Source of the DNA: a virus
Lineage: Duplodnaviria > Caudoviricetes
DNA length: 64,000 nucleotides
Reading direction: 5' to 3' (one strand)
IMG/VR virus record: IMGVR_UViG_3300028886_000037
Location: 160,001 to 224,000 of that record
The notes below the pieces were generated by a model. That model worked only from the letters and a program-made list of their open reading frames with translations, searched no databases and was not told the origin of the DNA. Below, in pieces: positions 30,640-42,605 of this stretch. The position numbers and the translations under genes were made by a program. Positions within the stretch are counted from its first letter, which is position 1, and every line of letters begins with the position of its first letter.

Positions 30640-33346
30640 CCTCTCCCTCCGTTTCGAGTTTCTTTAGGATCGTTTTTGCCTGTTTAGCGAGCTTCTCGCC
30701 CATAGCAGCAGAGTATTTGTCCATGATTTCGAGAAGCGCTAGCTTCACTTCCTTCTTGAACTGCTGGTCGTCCTTCATGATGAAGCTAGTAGCGCTCTTC
30801 TTTTCTTTCCACCACAGAATGTCAGTCATGGTGAAGTCGAAGATGCCTATATTGCTATCGGCACTCGGATTGAGCTTCTTGTTGCCGAGCTTCTGACGAA
30901 CTTCGAACGGCAGATTCTCGGTCAGATATTCTGCGAGCTTCAAGAACTCCTGCCAGCGGCGTTCGTTCTCTTTCTCGCTATATGTGAAAAATTCGATCAA
31001 TGCGTCAAAGAATTTCATTGTTTCTCCTTAGAATTTCTCATTAGTCGTGAGGTCTGTCTCCGTGTGCGAACTGATCAAGATACTTGATCAACTTCTCGTC
31101 TCCGATGTAGTCTGATTCTGGAATGCAGCCGAGGAAGTTGACTAAGAGCTGACCGAAACGCCAGTCTGGGAAGTAGTCCTTGTGAAGATCTCGGAACTTG
31201 TCGTAAGTGGAAGAGTCGAACTTAACCTTTCCGTCCCACTCTGGCTGTGTGCGTTTAGTAGCCCACTTTTCGACATCTTTGAGATACTCATCTTCTTCAG
31301 GGAAGAAAGGATCTCGATTATAGTCCTTCAAGAAGCCATATATGAACTGTTCGAACGTGAGATCGGGACAGTAAGTCGATTGGATCTTCTGGAGTTCAGC
31401 GTAGAATTTGTAGAGTCGGTTTGGATCACGCATTGTAAGTCTCCGTTGCGGGCTTCTTTCCCTTCTTGATGATTGCAGTGTTCGGCTTCTTTGCCTGTTC
31501 GTAGTGAACGAGAGTCTTGTCTTCCTCGCCAGCGAGCCAGTCACCCCAGTATTCCTGAACTCGGTTGCCAGTGTCGAGCGCATATTCGATAGCTAGAATG
31601 AGCTTCTTCTTTACGTTCTTCCAGTCGGCGAGGCAGTAGTCCATGTTGTATGCGAAGCACGCGAGATCGTCTGGATTGCACTTGATTCCATCTTCTGTGA
31701 TCCGGATATTAGGAATCTTACAAATTCGAGTGAGATAGGGCAGAAACTTTCCGTTGACCGGTGCGTACTTGAACTGTATGAACCAGTCCTTGTTTGCGAA
31801 GCTGTCGAGATAGAAGCTCTTGCGCTTCATCTTGTGGCGCTTCGCTTGTTCTTCAGGATCGTCGGTGGGTACGACAGCTTCGACCTGATACTTCAGGCGA
31901 TACTCCTTGATGATGTCACAGGTTTCTCGGTAGATTTCAGCTCCGCTGATAGAGCGGAAGTTATCAAAGATTGACATAGTTAGTCCTTCAGCTTAAATTG
32001 TTGATAGTGCAAATATAAGAAAATCTGAGAGGATAGTAAACCTCCCAGATTTGTAAAGAATTAGTTACGTTTAGTTGGGAATCTCTTTTCTCGGATGATC
32101 GATGTTCGTGATGTCCAGGTCAAGGATTCCGTCCTCTGTGATAGCGAAGAGATCAGTCTTGAGATGATCGAAGTCGTCGATCGCGAATCCTACGTGAGTT
32201 GCGAGTCTCGGACTTCCATCTGGGTATTGGCCGAAAGTCAACGGCTTCGGAAGCTTGATGAGCATTGGACCGTCTGGATCCATCTTCTGCATCTTGAGCA
32301 TCATCCAGACTTCGTTCCATGACAGAACTGTGCCTGGCGGAAGAGGTTTCTCTTTCGGTTTCTTTCTCTTAGCCATCAGATCTCCGTTTCGATCTTCTTC
32401 TGTGCAGCGTCCTTGATCTCGTTGATCACAGACTCGAACTCTTTGTTCTTCGCCTGATAGTTGAGGTCGTTCAGATGACGCTTTTCGAAGTCAGAGTAGG
32501 TCCAGCAGTACACGACAGGCTGATTGTAAGCGACCGTCTTCACTTTTCTGACGCCGACCGAGCTAGTACCGATTGAAGCTTCTGCGAGCTTGTCGATCAA
32601 GTACTTGCGATATTCACGAATGATCAGATCGAGAAACTGACTGAACTGACCGTAATCGTACTTTGAGCTTACGAGCTGCTGACATGCAGTGTTGAGCAAT
32701 GTGTGCCATTGCTCGTTGAGAGCATCAGCTTCTTTTCTGACCTTAGACTTGAAGAGGTCTTTGAAAAAACCCATAGTTGTCCTCCTTAGAATCCGTGGCA
32801 TTCGAAACATTCGAGCCATTCTTTGTTGTCTGGATCGTTTGCAGTTTCCTCGCTGATCTCGAGGTTGCCGAGCCATTCCCTCAGCATATCCTCTGTCGGA
32901 GGATTGACGAAGCCGAACTTGTCGAAGTCGTAGCAGCGGTCCACGTCTCCATCGAGATCGCCGTCAACGAAAGCCTTCAGTTTCTTGAAGAGAAGATCGA
33001 AGTTAGCGCAGTCCTTGAGCTTGATGTTCATCTTCGGATCCGGTTCGTATTCATTAAGTGCGGGATCATTGTAGACGAACGGAAGTAGATCTTCGTTCGT
33101 TACGAAGTAACCCCATTCGAGAGTGTCGTAGAACCTATCACCGCTGCATTCATAGCAGCAGCCAGTGTAGTGTCCTTCCCAGTTGAAGATACGATCCACG
33201 AGAGGCTGATTCCGCTTTGCTTTGATCTTGTCCTGTTTCTGTTTCACGTAGCGTGGCTGGCACCATTCGCCGCATTCATCGTAGAGTACCTTTTCCTTCA
33301 AGAAGGCGATGAGATTTTCTTTAGTCAGTGCTTGTTCTGAGAACAT
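30629..33346 (-). other. hypothetical early genes
   Basis: 30629-31018, 31041-31433 (MRDPNRL, internally duplicated PDxxFxQ), 31426-31977, 32071-32376, 32376-32774, 32786-33346. Confidence 0.7.
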
Positions 33347-33358
33347 TTTGAGTTTCCT

Positions 33359-34654
33359 TTAGATAGAGTAGTTGGGGTTCTTGACTTTGAAGGACACGTT
33401 GTAGTCGTCCTTGAGACGGAGAACGAAGCCCTCACGCTTGTGCTTGAGATTGCGACCGAAGATGGTGTTCTTGTCGGACTGCTGGAGCATGATGTCAGCG
33501 CCAGAGACCTTGACCCCCTTCTCGTTCACAGTGCTCTCGGGGAGCTTGTAGTTATCGTCGAGCAGCGGAACCATCGGAAGATTCCACTTCTCAGCGAATT
33601 CCTTAGACTCTTCGTAGTTGAGCTTCACCCAGCGAGACTTCTGCTTCTTTCCGCAGGTCGTGTCGATGTAGTACTCTTTGCGGTAGAAGTCGAAGAAGTA
33701 GATCTCTGTTCTCGGAAGCTGGTAGATGTTCTTCTGGATTCCCGGACCCACGTGTTCTCCACGGCAGAACCATTCACCAGGGATCTGTTCAATGATCTTG
33801 TCGTATCCGAGACGCTTGACAGTGTCCCAGAAGTTCTTTCCGCTGCCATTGCCGTTGAGTTCACGAGTGCGAGAGCAGACGCCCACGTGCTTGACGCGCT
33901 TCTTGAAGAAGAGCCACTTGACCTTGTCTTCATACTCGGTGAAGATGGTGATGTTCTGACCTTCGAGCTTCTCAGTCGCTACCCAGACCTTGTCCTTGTA
34001 CTTCTCGTACATCTTAGTGTAGATCTTCTGGACGTTCTCTTCGTCGGACTTGCCCGGATGAGTCGGATCCCAAGTCTCGGGATGCTTCTTGCGCTTGCGC
34101 CAATCGCGGAACCACTTGAAGCGCATGAGCTTCTTAGTGAGCCAGCCGTCTTTCTCGTACTGAGCAGCGAGACCAGCTTCCTCTTCGTCCTGAACGATCT
34201 CAGTGATGCTGAAGTGCTGAGTGTAGTCCTGTCCCTCTTTGACGTTAGTCAAGCCGAGATCAGACGGCTTGAACAGAATTCCCTGAGATACGACGCCGAA
34301 CTTGCTCAGCTTCATAGACTTGATCTTGAACTTCTTGTCGCGGAGGAATTCGAAGTACGGGTACTTGCTCTGATTCTGGATCTCTGCCAGTGCAGCAGCG
34401 CGTTCATCTTCGGTAGCTTCTGCGAGATCAGTTCCGTCCTTGATTGCCTGATACTTGGCTCTCAGTTCGTCGCTGAGACCATCGGGAAGCAAGCTGTCGA
34501 CTTCGACATAGATGCCAAAGTCCCCAGGCTTGTATTCGCCCTTCTTTACGACTACAGTATAGTCCATCACGGATGCGAGCTCGATACGATCGGCTCCCGG
34601 AATTTCACGGATTTCGCCTACTCTTACGACGTAGGCAAGCGGTTTTCCATACAT
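33359..34654 (-). CDS. RNA ligase, Rnl2/DRB0094-like, with N-terminal OB-type domain
   Basis: IPGADRIE N-terminus, EKLEG (motif I), GEHVGPGIQKN, REGFV, FKVKN. Confidence 0.9.
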   Translation of the reverse strand: MYGKPLAYVVRVGEIREIPGADRIELASVMDYTVVVKKGEYKPGDFGIYVEVDSLLPDGLSDELRAKYQAIKDGTDLAEATEDERAAALAEIQNQSKYPYFEFLRDKKFKIKSMKLSKFGVVSQGILFKPSDLGLTNVKEGQDYTQHFSITEIVQDEEEAGLAAQYEKDGWLTKKLMRFKWFRDWRKRKKHPETWDPTHPGKSDEENVQKIYTKMYEKYKDKVWVATEKLEGQNITIFTEYEDKVKWLFFKKRVKHVGVCSRTRELNGNGSGKNFWDTVKRLGYDKIIEQIPGEWFCRGEHVGPGIQKNIYQLPRTEIYFFDFYRKEYYIDTTCGKKQKSRWVKLNYEESKEFAEKWNLPMVPLLDDNYKLPESTVNEKGVKVSGADIMLQQSDKNTIFGRNLKHKREGFVLRLKDDYNVSFKVKNPNYSI

Positions 34655-35022
34655 TTAGTTATCTCCAGTTTAGTTGAGTGTGAAAGTTTTAGTCTTCGCC
34701 GTGTTCGTGATTCGATACCTTGTTAGCGATCCAGAACTTGACGGTAGCGAGACTGTCAGTGCAGCTTACGCCGCCAGGAACTTCCCAGCTCACCGAGTAG
34801 AAGTCACGATCACGGTAGATTCGAATGTCGCAGTCGTCGTAGAAGAGAATGTCTACCGAGTCTGGGTGCAGATCGGCGGTCTTGTGTTCTACGCCAAAGA
34901 AGTCAAGGTCTTTGTTGATAGCGTCAACGGCATTTGAAAGTTCCAGATATCTCATAAGGTAAATCTCCTGTATTGTCAATATAGGAATTTATCACGATTT
35001 TGTAAATAGTGAAAATTGAAAT

Positions 35023-35313
35023 TTATTCAACTTTCGGAGAGATTACGATAGACCAGCCAGCGTTGTTGTACTGAAGCAAATCGCCATCCATGTCGTAGAA
35101 CTGGAAAAAAGCGTGTTCCATGATGATCTTCTTGGCTTTGTACTCGACGCAGTTCTCGCCAGTCTGGTCGCCAAGAGAGCAGACCTTCACTGGCCAATAA
35201 GGTTCAGCAGATCTTCGCTTTTTGCTGTACTTGTGTTCGTGATCATGTCCGCAGAGTTGGTCACATGAAGTTAGAAATAGGGCAAATGCCAATAGAGTTA
35301 AGATTCTCTTCAT
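35023..35313 (-). CDS. putative lipoprotein
   Basis: Signal peptide with lipobox LTSC. Confidence 0.6.
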   Translation of the reverse strand: MKRILTLLAFALFLTSCDQLCGHDHEHKYSKKRRSAEPYWPVKVCSLGDQTGENCVEYKAKKIIMEHAFFQFYDMDGDLLQYNNAGWSIVISPKVE

Positions 35314-35316
35314 TAG

Positions 35317-35736
35317 TTATTCCTCTTCAGTTTCGATGTCTGATCGTTTCCATTTGAGTTCGTTCTCGCCAGATTCTATGAATCCCTCTTTGATGTAGAA
35401 GAACTTAGCTTCAACGAGATAGCAGAGCGTGATCTCATCAGCGTCCCACTTGAGCTCTTCCATGAGCTTGTGTCCGAATCCTCGACCGTGCTCGCCGAGC
35501 GCTACTTCGAAGCAGAAGATCCTGCGTCTCGTCATAGCGTTGTCGTCATTGTACTTGTCTCGGTAGATCACGATAGCCGATGGCTTCGATCTAGTATCTC
35601 TGAACAGCTTACGGACACGCACTGTCTCGTCATAGCGGTTCTTGTGGATCATCTCGTAAGTGAGCGGAAAGTCTTCCTGATCGATCTCGTTAGCGAGATC
35701 CATGCTGAACTGGACGTCTTTCAATTCTACTGACAT
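35317..35736 (-). CDS. GNAT family acetyltransferase
   Basis: HGRGFGHKLM acetyl-CoA motif and FYIKEGF. Confidence 0.75.
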   Translation of the reverse strand: MSVELKDVQFSMDLANEIDQEDFPLTYEMIHKNRYDETVRVRKLFRDTRSKPSAIVIYRDKYNDDNAMTRRRIFCFEVALGEHGRGFGHKLMEELKWDADEITLCYLVEAKFFYIKEGFIESGENELKWKRSDIETEEE

Positions 35737-35904
35737 GTTAGTCCCACGGCATGCTGTTGAGCTGATTGAAGACCGTACCCATGTCCTTGCCCTTAGCCCA
35801 CTCTAGATGCTTAGGGTCGTTGCAGAACTTGCGTGCGCCTGGGTTGAATTGAAGGAGCATCTCGGGAACCTGAAGTTCGCCGTCTTTGCACTGAATTACC
35901 ATAC

Positions 35905-36504
35905 TTATTCCTCTTTCGGTTTGTCACTATTTATAGCTTTTCTTAGCTTCTCGTTAGCTTCGTCGACCATAGCGATCAGTTCGTCGCTGGAGTCAAGGAG
36001 TTCCTTCGCTTCGGCCTGCTGACTCTTGATGCGCTGGATGCACTTCTCGATGTCGAGCTCTGCACCCAGCTTCTCGAGCATCTTAGCGATCCATTCGCCC
36101 GACTTCTGGTAGTCGATCTCGTCGAAAGACTTCATGTTCTCTTGAGCGTAGACAGAGTCCATTCCGCATTCACGTTCAGGGATGAACGCTGCCACTCGGT
36201 ACACGTACCTGGTCTTGTCGTTCGGGTCAGAAGACCAGTAGTCATCATTCTTGTCGAAGTCTTCGATGAGCTTGATGCCCGACATAGATTCTCTCATGTA
36301 GTCGATGAGATCATCCGATACGAAGTTGTGTTCTCCGTGATAGTTGTCTAGATTTCGATAAAAGCCATCATCCGCTTTCTCCTTTTTGATCAACTTGGGG
36401 AACTTGTACCACAGGTTGAAGCGGTAGTCGCTGTTTCCGATCTTCTGATAGTTGCCACGGTCCGGCATATCATCCGGATCAGGAATCACGTCATATTTTT
36501 CCAT
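35905..36504 (-). CDS. hypothetical protein
   Basis: ORF track. Confidence 0.7.
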   Translation of the reverse strand: MEKYDVIPDPDDMPDRGNYQKIGNSDYRFNLWYKFPKLIKKEKADDGFYRNLDNYHGEHNFVSDDLIDYMRESMSGIKLIEDFDKNDDYWSSDPNDKTRYVYRVAAFIPERECGMDSVYAQENMKSFDEIDYQKSGEWIAKMLEKLGAELDIEKCIQRIKSQQAEAKELLDSSDELIAMVDEANEKLRKAINSDKPKEE

Positions 36505-36717
36505 TATCCTTCTCTCTTCACGACATCGTCGTAGGTTGTAGGTTGATTGAGTCTCTTGTTCATTGGATCAAGTTCTAGGGTCTTCTCTAGAAGCGCATAA
36601 GCGCACTTATAGCAGACGTTCGAGAACTTCCTGTGTAGATACTTGTCCAGACAGTTTTCGAACGTTATACAGGTCCCTGGGACGCTAAACGGCTGTTGAC
36701 AGATGGAGCACTTCATG

Positions 36718-36942
36718 TTATGCCTCTTTGATGACGTGGTACTGGTCGTTGGGCAGAATTCCAAGACCTCCCCAAGTGCCGTGAATGTCTCCCATGTCAC
36801 CGACATAAGTGACGACGCCAGACTTTCCGATCAGACGTTTTTCAGATTCAGGAATAGTCCCGTCGCGATCAGTAGCGAAGCCGTCTATCATGATAGTGTC
36901 GCCCTCTTTAGCGCGAGCGTCTTTCTTGGTAGTGTAGTTCAT
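36718..36942 (-). CDS. DUF4314-like protein
   Basis: G.V..VGDMG.IH..W..L.I.P pattern. Confidence 0.6.
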   Translation of the reverse strand: MNYTTKKDARAKEGDTIMIDGFATDRDGTIPESEKRLIGKSGVVTYVGDMGDIHGTWGGLGILPNDQYHVIKEA

Positions 36943-37465
36943 TAGTTTTCCTCCTCGGCGTCGCCTTCATCTTCGTCTTCGAGAGAATCGGGATCGAAGA
37001 TAGCCTTGAGCAGCTTTCTCGCTGCATCCTCTTCAATCTTGTTCGCGTAGACTTCGATAGTCTCTTCAGCGATACGGACCGAGGAAGCCCTGAGAACGAC
37101 TGGGTTGATAGAAGCGGGCATATCTTCGTCGAGCCACTTGGCGTAAGCCATGTCTTCTGCGAGGTCCGCGATCTTAGCCACGAGAGCTTCATAAGTGTCG
37201 TTTACGTCGCCGACCAGACTTTCGCGTTTCTTTCTCATGACCACGAACTTGCGGATTTCGGTTTCAACGGTTTCAGGCACTTCTATGTATCTCAGCATAG
37301 CTTTTTCTCCTTGAAGGAAAGAGGTTTAACGGGTTGTACATTATATTATAGTAATTTTTGAGCATTTTGTAAACTGTAAAAATGAAAAAGTGCAAAAAAA
37401 GACAGCCCACTCGGACTGTCTTGCTTATCGATGGATTGGGAAACTCTTACTTAAGAAGACAAGCT

Positions 37466-38761
37466 TTACTTAGCCTTCATTCCATTGATGACTTCGAAAG
37501 CCTTTGCGCTTGCGAGAGCGTCTATGCCGCTTACGCCTTTGCTGCCACCTTCGATGTTGTATTCAGGTACGATCGGCACTTGAATGCGAGAGATAGCGTC
37601 CCACTTGTCCTTGTTCATCTGGACTTCAGCAGCGAGACGTTCCTGCGGAGTAAGACCTGCCTGAACCTTCAAGCGGTTTGCTTCAGCTTCTGCTCGGCCC
37701 GCTTCACGAGTAGAGTCAGCCTGATACTTCGCCTTGAGGGCGTTACGCTTTGCAACTTCAGATTCACGTTCGGCCAAGATGATTGCAGAGTCCTTAGACT
37801 GTTCCATCTTCACGATGACCCGTGCCTTCTCAGCTTCTGCGTCCCACTTAGCCTTTGCTGCGTTCGCCTTACCGTTTGCTTCGTTAGTGATAGCGAGCTG
37901 CTTAGCGGTCTCAGCTTCTGTGATGTTAGCGACACGCTGAGTTTCACGCTTCTTGACGACGTCCAACTGATTCTGAGACACCTCGTCTAGCTTGACGCCA
38001 CGGATCTGGAACTGGGTAACCTTGATCTCGAACTCCTTCAGAGCAGACTCGTTCATGACGATGCGACGGCCTGTAGAGTCGAGCTTCAGACTAGTGACCT
38101 TATATTCGGCATATTCTGGCTTCTTGATGACCTTGCCGCTGGAGTCTTTTTCCTCTTCAGATACGAGTTCCTTTTCAGTGCGAGTCTCTGTGAGATATTC
38201 GCCCTGCGTGATCTGATCGTAAGCTAGAGCCTGGAATTCGGCCAAGTTAGTGACCTTCGCAGCTTCTGCGGTGAACATCGGCGCAGTCTTAGCGATACCT
38301 GACATCACAGCGTTACGGACTAGGTTGTGCTTGATCTCGTCGTCGGTGTGATGCTTTTCACGAAGTCGTAGCAATACAGAACAGTCGGACGGGAGTTCAT
38401 ACATGAGGTAGCCAGAGATCCATGCCTTGGAGTTACGAGACAGCGTCACTTCAATGTCGTCTTCATCCGTTTCGTCTCCTTCCCAGTTCTTGTCTCCGAC
38501 CTTCTCTGTCGAAGAGTTGAAGTAGAAGGAACGAGCCTTGAGGAACGTCCAGGTCTTAGAGAAGCCCTTGAAGTAGTAGCCCTGATCCTCGACACAGCTC
38601 ATATCGCCGAACGGGCTCTGTTTGATCACGATTTCCGTAGAGTCCTTGTAGCCCACGTTTTCCACGAGAAACCAGATGACGAGTAGAAGCGCTGGAAGAG
38701 CACAGACGACGAGGCACTTTTGCCAGAACTTGAGTTTTTCGAACGTGAATTTCTTTTCCAT
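37466..38761 (-). CDS. SPFH/band-7 domain membrane protein
   Basis: N-terminal TM, SPFH-like core, Ala/Glu-rich coiled coil (AEAEA). Confidence 0.8.
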   Translation of the reverse strand: MEKKFTFEKLKFWQKCLVVCALPALLLVIWFLVENVGYKDSTEIVIKQSPFGDMSCVEDQGYYFKGFSKTWTFLKARSFYFNSSTEKVGDKNWEGDETDEDDIEVTLSRNSKAWISGYLMYELPSDCSVLLRLREKHHTDDEIKHNLVRNAVMSGIAKTAPMFTAEAAKVTNLAEFQALAYDQITQGEYLTETRTEKELVSEEEKDSSGKVIKKPEYAEYKVTSLKLDSTGRRIVMNESALKEFEIKVTQFQIRGVKLDEVSQNQLDVVKKRETQRVANITEAETAKQLAITNEANGKANAAKAKWDAEAEKARVIVKMEQSKDSAIILAERESEVAKRNALKAKYQADSTREAGRAEAEANRLKVQAGLTPQERLAAEVQMNKDKWDAISRIQVPIVPEYNIEGGSKGVSGIDALASAKAFEVINGMKAK

Positions 38762-38846
38762 TTAGTTTATCTCCTTTTGGATGATTGTTTAGTTGATGTT
38801 CGATAATTTAGAAAATGTTTTGGAGTCGTAAACCATAAATCTCAAA

Positions 38847-41800
38847 TTATTTTCGAGAATCCGAGAAAGCGAGCTTTTCAGCGAGCTCTTTCTGGTCCTT
38901 CTTTGAGAGCTTCGGTTCGACATCTGCTGCCTTGAGCTTCTTTGGACCTTTAGCAGTGAAAGCGTAGAAGTCATGTATAGACTTAGTCTCGCCATACGGA
39001 GACTTAGCAGAGATCACGTAGCAGATCTCGTTGCCATGTTCGTCGCAGAGATTGTCGAATTCGATCATGCGGACCTGATAGCGGTCAGGCGACGGGTAGT
39101 ACGGGAACTTGATAAGCGGTCCGAAGAACTTCTCGGCGATAACGTCGCCCTTGTTAGAAGTGCAAGTGCAGAAGTGATCCTTCTCTGCGTAGCAAGTGCA
39201 TACGAGATCGATGTCGTGATACTTGTAAGTTCCATCGGGCATCTTTTTGCGGAACAGAGAGAATCTGCGGAGACACTGGTCTTCGCCAGTGAGGGAGTCC
39301 TTGCTGGACCAGCAGTCTTCGTCTTCCTCGATCGCGGTGAGCGGAGCTTCTCTCAATAGACGGATGAGAATGTTCGCAGTGATCGACCAAGACATTCCCG
39401 AGTGATCGTCTTCGCACATGCAGTGATATGCCTTGAGCGCAGATTGGTAGCAAGCATTCGCATAGCCGACTCCGATACCTTTGTCATCGTCTTTATCGGC
39501 TGCCTTGCGTTCCTTGTCCATCGCGATAGCGACTTCGTTCTTCGCCCACTGTTCTGTTGTCATAGTTTACCTCTTTCCAGATTTGTTCGTGTTCTTTGTA
39601 AGTTATTTTGTCAAAAAGATATGATCCGAGTGCTAGCAATAACAGCATGCCGATTGCTATACCAGCGATACCCCACAGCTGTGGCGGATATATCAGCTCT
39701 TCGCCGTTGCCTCCTGCGTATTGAGCAGCGAGAATAGTTGCGCGATTAGCGAGTTCTGGGCTCATCTTTGTTCCATCTCGGTACGCTCATCACGATGTGC
39801 TCTTCGTGATGAAGTGGATATTTCCCTTCGATCTTTCCGACAAAGGGAGGTTTAGTTCTCAACCAAAAGACGTTTCCGTCAACGGTAACCTTCTTTGGAT
39901 TTGAGAAGTTGCTGATGTTGTAGATAGCGCGTGTGAGCGCTTTGTTGAGCTCGGCCATCTGCTTTTCTGTGAAGTCAGCGCCGTCAAACTCGATCTCGAT
40001 TCTCTTTTTCATCTGGTACCCTCATTCCTAAGCTGATTGCTTTGTTGATGCACTTTCCTGCGGCCTTGCCGAACTTTACAGACTTCTTGAGTAGTTCTTT
40101 GTAGTCTTGGATCTCGCCGATAGCGAGCTTAGCGCAGGATAGTGCGTGAAACTTCTGGGACTCCGCAGAGCATCTAAGGCTTCTCGCTTCCCATAGCGCG
40201 AGCAGGAGTTCTTTCTCAGTCATCAGTCTTCTTTCTCCTTCTGACTGGCTTCTTTATTTCGGACTCTTCAACTTTCGCTTTCTGCTTAGACTTAGTCTTG
40301 TTTGGAAGTTCTGTCGGCTTGGGCGCATTTTCCTCGCGTAGCTTCTTGAGGATCTTGTCTGTCAGCTCGATGGTGTCAGACATATCGAGGATCTTGTGAA
40401 TGCGTATATTGTATAGGTAGAAATCGGTCTTAGGATCAACCTTCGGCTTCTCGTTCTCGCACTTGAAGCGGAACTCTGCCATGAGCTCGCAGTATCTCTT
40501 CTTAGCGTCGTCTGGATCGGTGAAGACTTCGGTAGTGTTCATCCACTGCCATCCAGTCGGCTCGTTTCCGTAGAACTCGTAGTGCTGGATTCTGTACTTG
40601 TCGAATCCGTCGAGAATGATTCGATACGGGTTGTTCATTGCTGCGCAATGTTCTTCCTGTTCAGACTTGATTTTTGAGCCAGTCCAGATAGCGTAGATTG
40701 CTGCAGCTGCGATGAAAAATACTAGTACTGTTGCTGCGATTAGAAGCGGCATTTAAGTTGTCCTCTTGTTTTAGTTCAATATAGAAACTCTGGCGCCGTT
40801 GTAAACCCAGAGTTATGTTAAAGAAAATTTACTTTATGAAATATGATGAGTGTCGTGCAGACAACAATTCCGAAGATCATGGCACCGATTGCCAAGTCAT
40901 ACCAGAATCCGCTGTCTTCATCTCTTCTCACATATTATTTATCGTCTGGTACGTGCACTAGATCAGTATTGACGTAGATAGTCGAATCAGGAAATTCTCT
41001 GATCAGCACTTCGATCAACCTGTCTTTCTCGTACTCGTGCTTGTAATCGGCTTCGACTTCGATCACGTTCATTAGTACACTCCGTTGAACTTCTCGAGCA
41101 TCTCTTCAACATCCATTCTGAACTTCATCGAAGCGCCAGACGGAATAGCGTCGAGAACACGTGTCTTGAAGTCTTGAACGTCTGCGGACGGAAGATCTTC
41201 GGGATCGAGTTCAAGCAAGTCATCGTCATCGTCTGAATCCTCGATGTCGCTGAGGTAGCCTCTAGCCCTGCGGACCGCATCTTCGATCTCTGTCTGATCG
41301 TCTGCGAGTTCTTCGATCTCATCGAGAATGTCATCAAGTCGCTCTACTGCGTAATTGTCAATGCTCATTTTGTTGTTCCTTATCAAATTCTGTCCTGTAG
41401 TTCACTAGCCAGGTGTGATCTTTGTTGTACTTGTATCTCTTCATGATTGAGCCAGTTCCGATCCAGCGCTTATAGCCGAACGTGTCGCCATAGCGCTTCA
41501 TAGATTCTAGATCTTCAGTCTCGTTTAGCGACTTCAAGCAGTCCTCACAGAGATTAGTGATCCAGCCAGAAGTCTGGTAGATGTATTGGCGGCCGTGTTC
41601 GTCGATCAACTCTTTTCCGCAGTGCTCACAGATGAACTCAGACATCCACTCGAGGATGAATTCCAAGTCGTCGGGCAGAGCGAACGAAGTAGAGATTCTG
41701 AGACTTCCGAACTTGCTCTTCGTATCTAGGATCTTGAAGTTGTTCTTTTTCTCTTCGTCCCACGAGTTGTAAGCTTCGAACAGCTTGGGCATAAAGTAGA

Positions 41801-42595
41801 CTTTCCAGAGTTTCTCCCACCCTGTACCGTCCCAGTCCTTGTACCAGTTGTTCCTGATGTCCTCTTTCTCTGTATTGAAGCAGAGTGTCGGATCATCTCT
41901 ATAATCAGAAAAACGCTTCCTCAGGAAGGGGTACTTCTGAAGAAGCTCGTGCATAGCTGCATCGGCTATCGGGTATCTAACAAGTATCTTCACATTCCAA
42001 ATATAAGAATCTTAGAGCTCCTTGTACTTCGTCTTAGCTTGTTCTTCGTTTCCATCGAGGTAGAGTTCCAAGATGGAGATCGGAAGTTTGCCTTCATACT
42101 CGAAACTGTCTTCCTCGATCACGTAAGTAAGCTCATCCTCGCCAGACTGGTACATGTAGCTGTTCTTGAGATACGGATCGCCGATGTTCAGAGACTTGAT
42201 GTAGATGATACCTTCGACGGCTCTTGACTTGTACATCTCGCACCGTTCATGCATCTCGTCATATTCGTGGAATGTCACTTTACGTCTCCGTAGTACTTCC
42301 TGATCAGGTCGCACAGCGAGCTGTTGAAAGCGAGAATAGAGCTCAGCGAGATGTCGGAAGTGTTTGAGTTAACGGCGAACTTGATGCCGTATTGAAGGTT
42401 GTTGATGAGATTCCACGCTGGATCTTTGCGGTTGATCGAACCACGATCGCTAGTGTGGTGCTCTTTGAGCCATTCCTTCAAGGCGAGGCGAAGTTCGAAG
42501 GCGAAGTCTACAGCGTCATTCACGTTCTCGATTGGCTTGACCAGTTCATCGATCTTCGCCTTGATGAGCTTTCGTTTATCTACATTTCCTTCCAT
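38847..42595 (-). other. hypothetical early genes
   Basis: 38847-39563 (HSGMS motif), 39746-40012, 39984-40223, 40216-40752, 41072-41368, 41358-41993 (KSKFGSLR..CEHC..GWI..LC), 42012-42250, 42275-42595. Confidence 0.7.
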
Positions 42596-42605
42596 CTTTC
42601 ACTCC

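Noticed and set aside
33440-34726. 428-aa + strand ORF
   Set aside because: Antisense shadow of the RNA ligase
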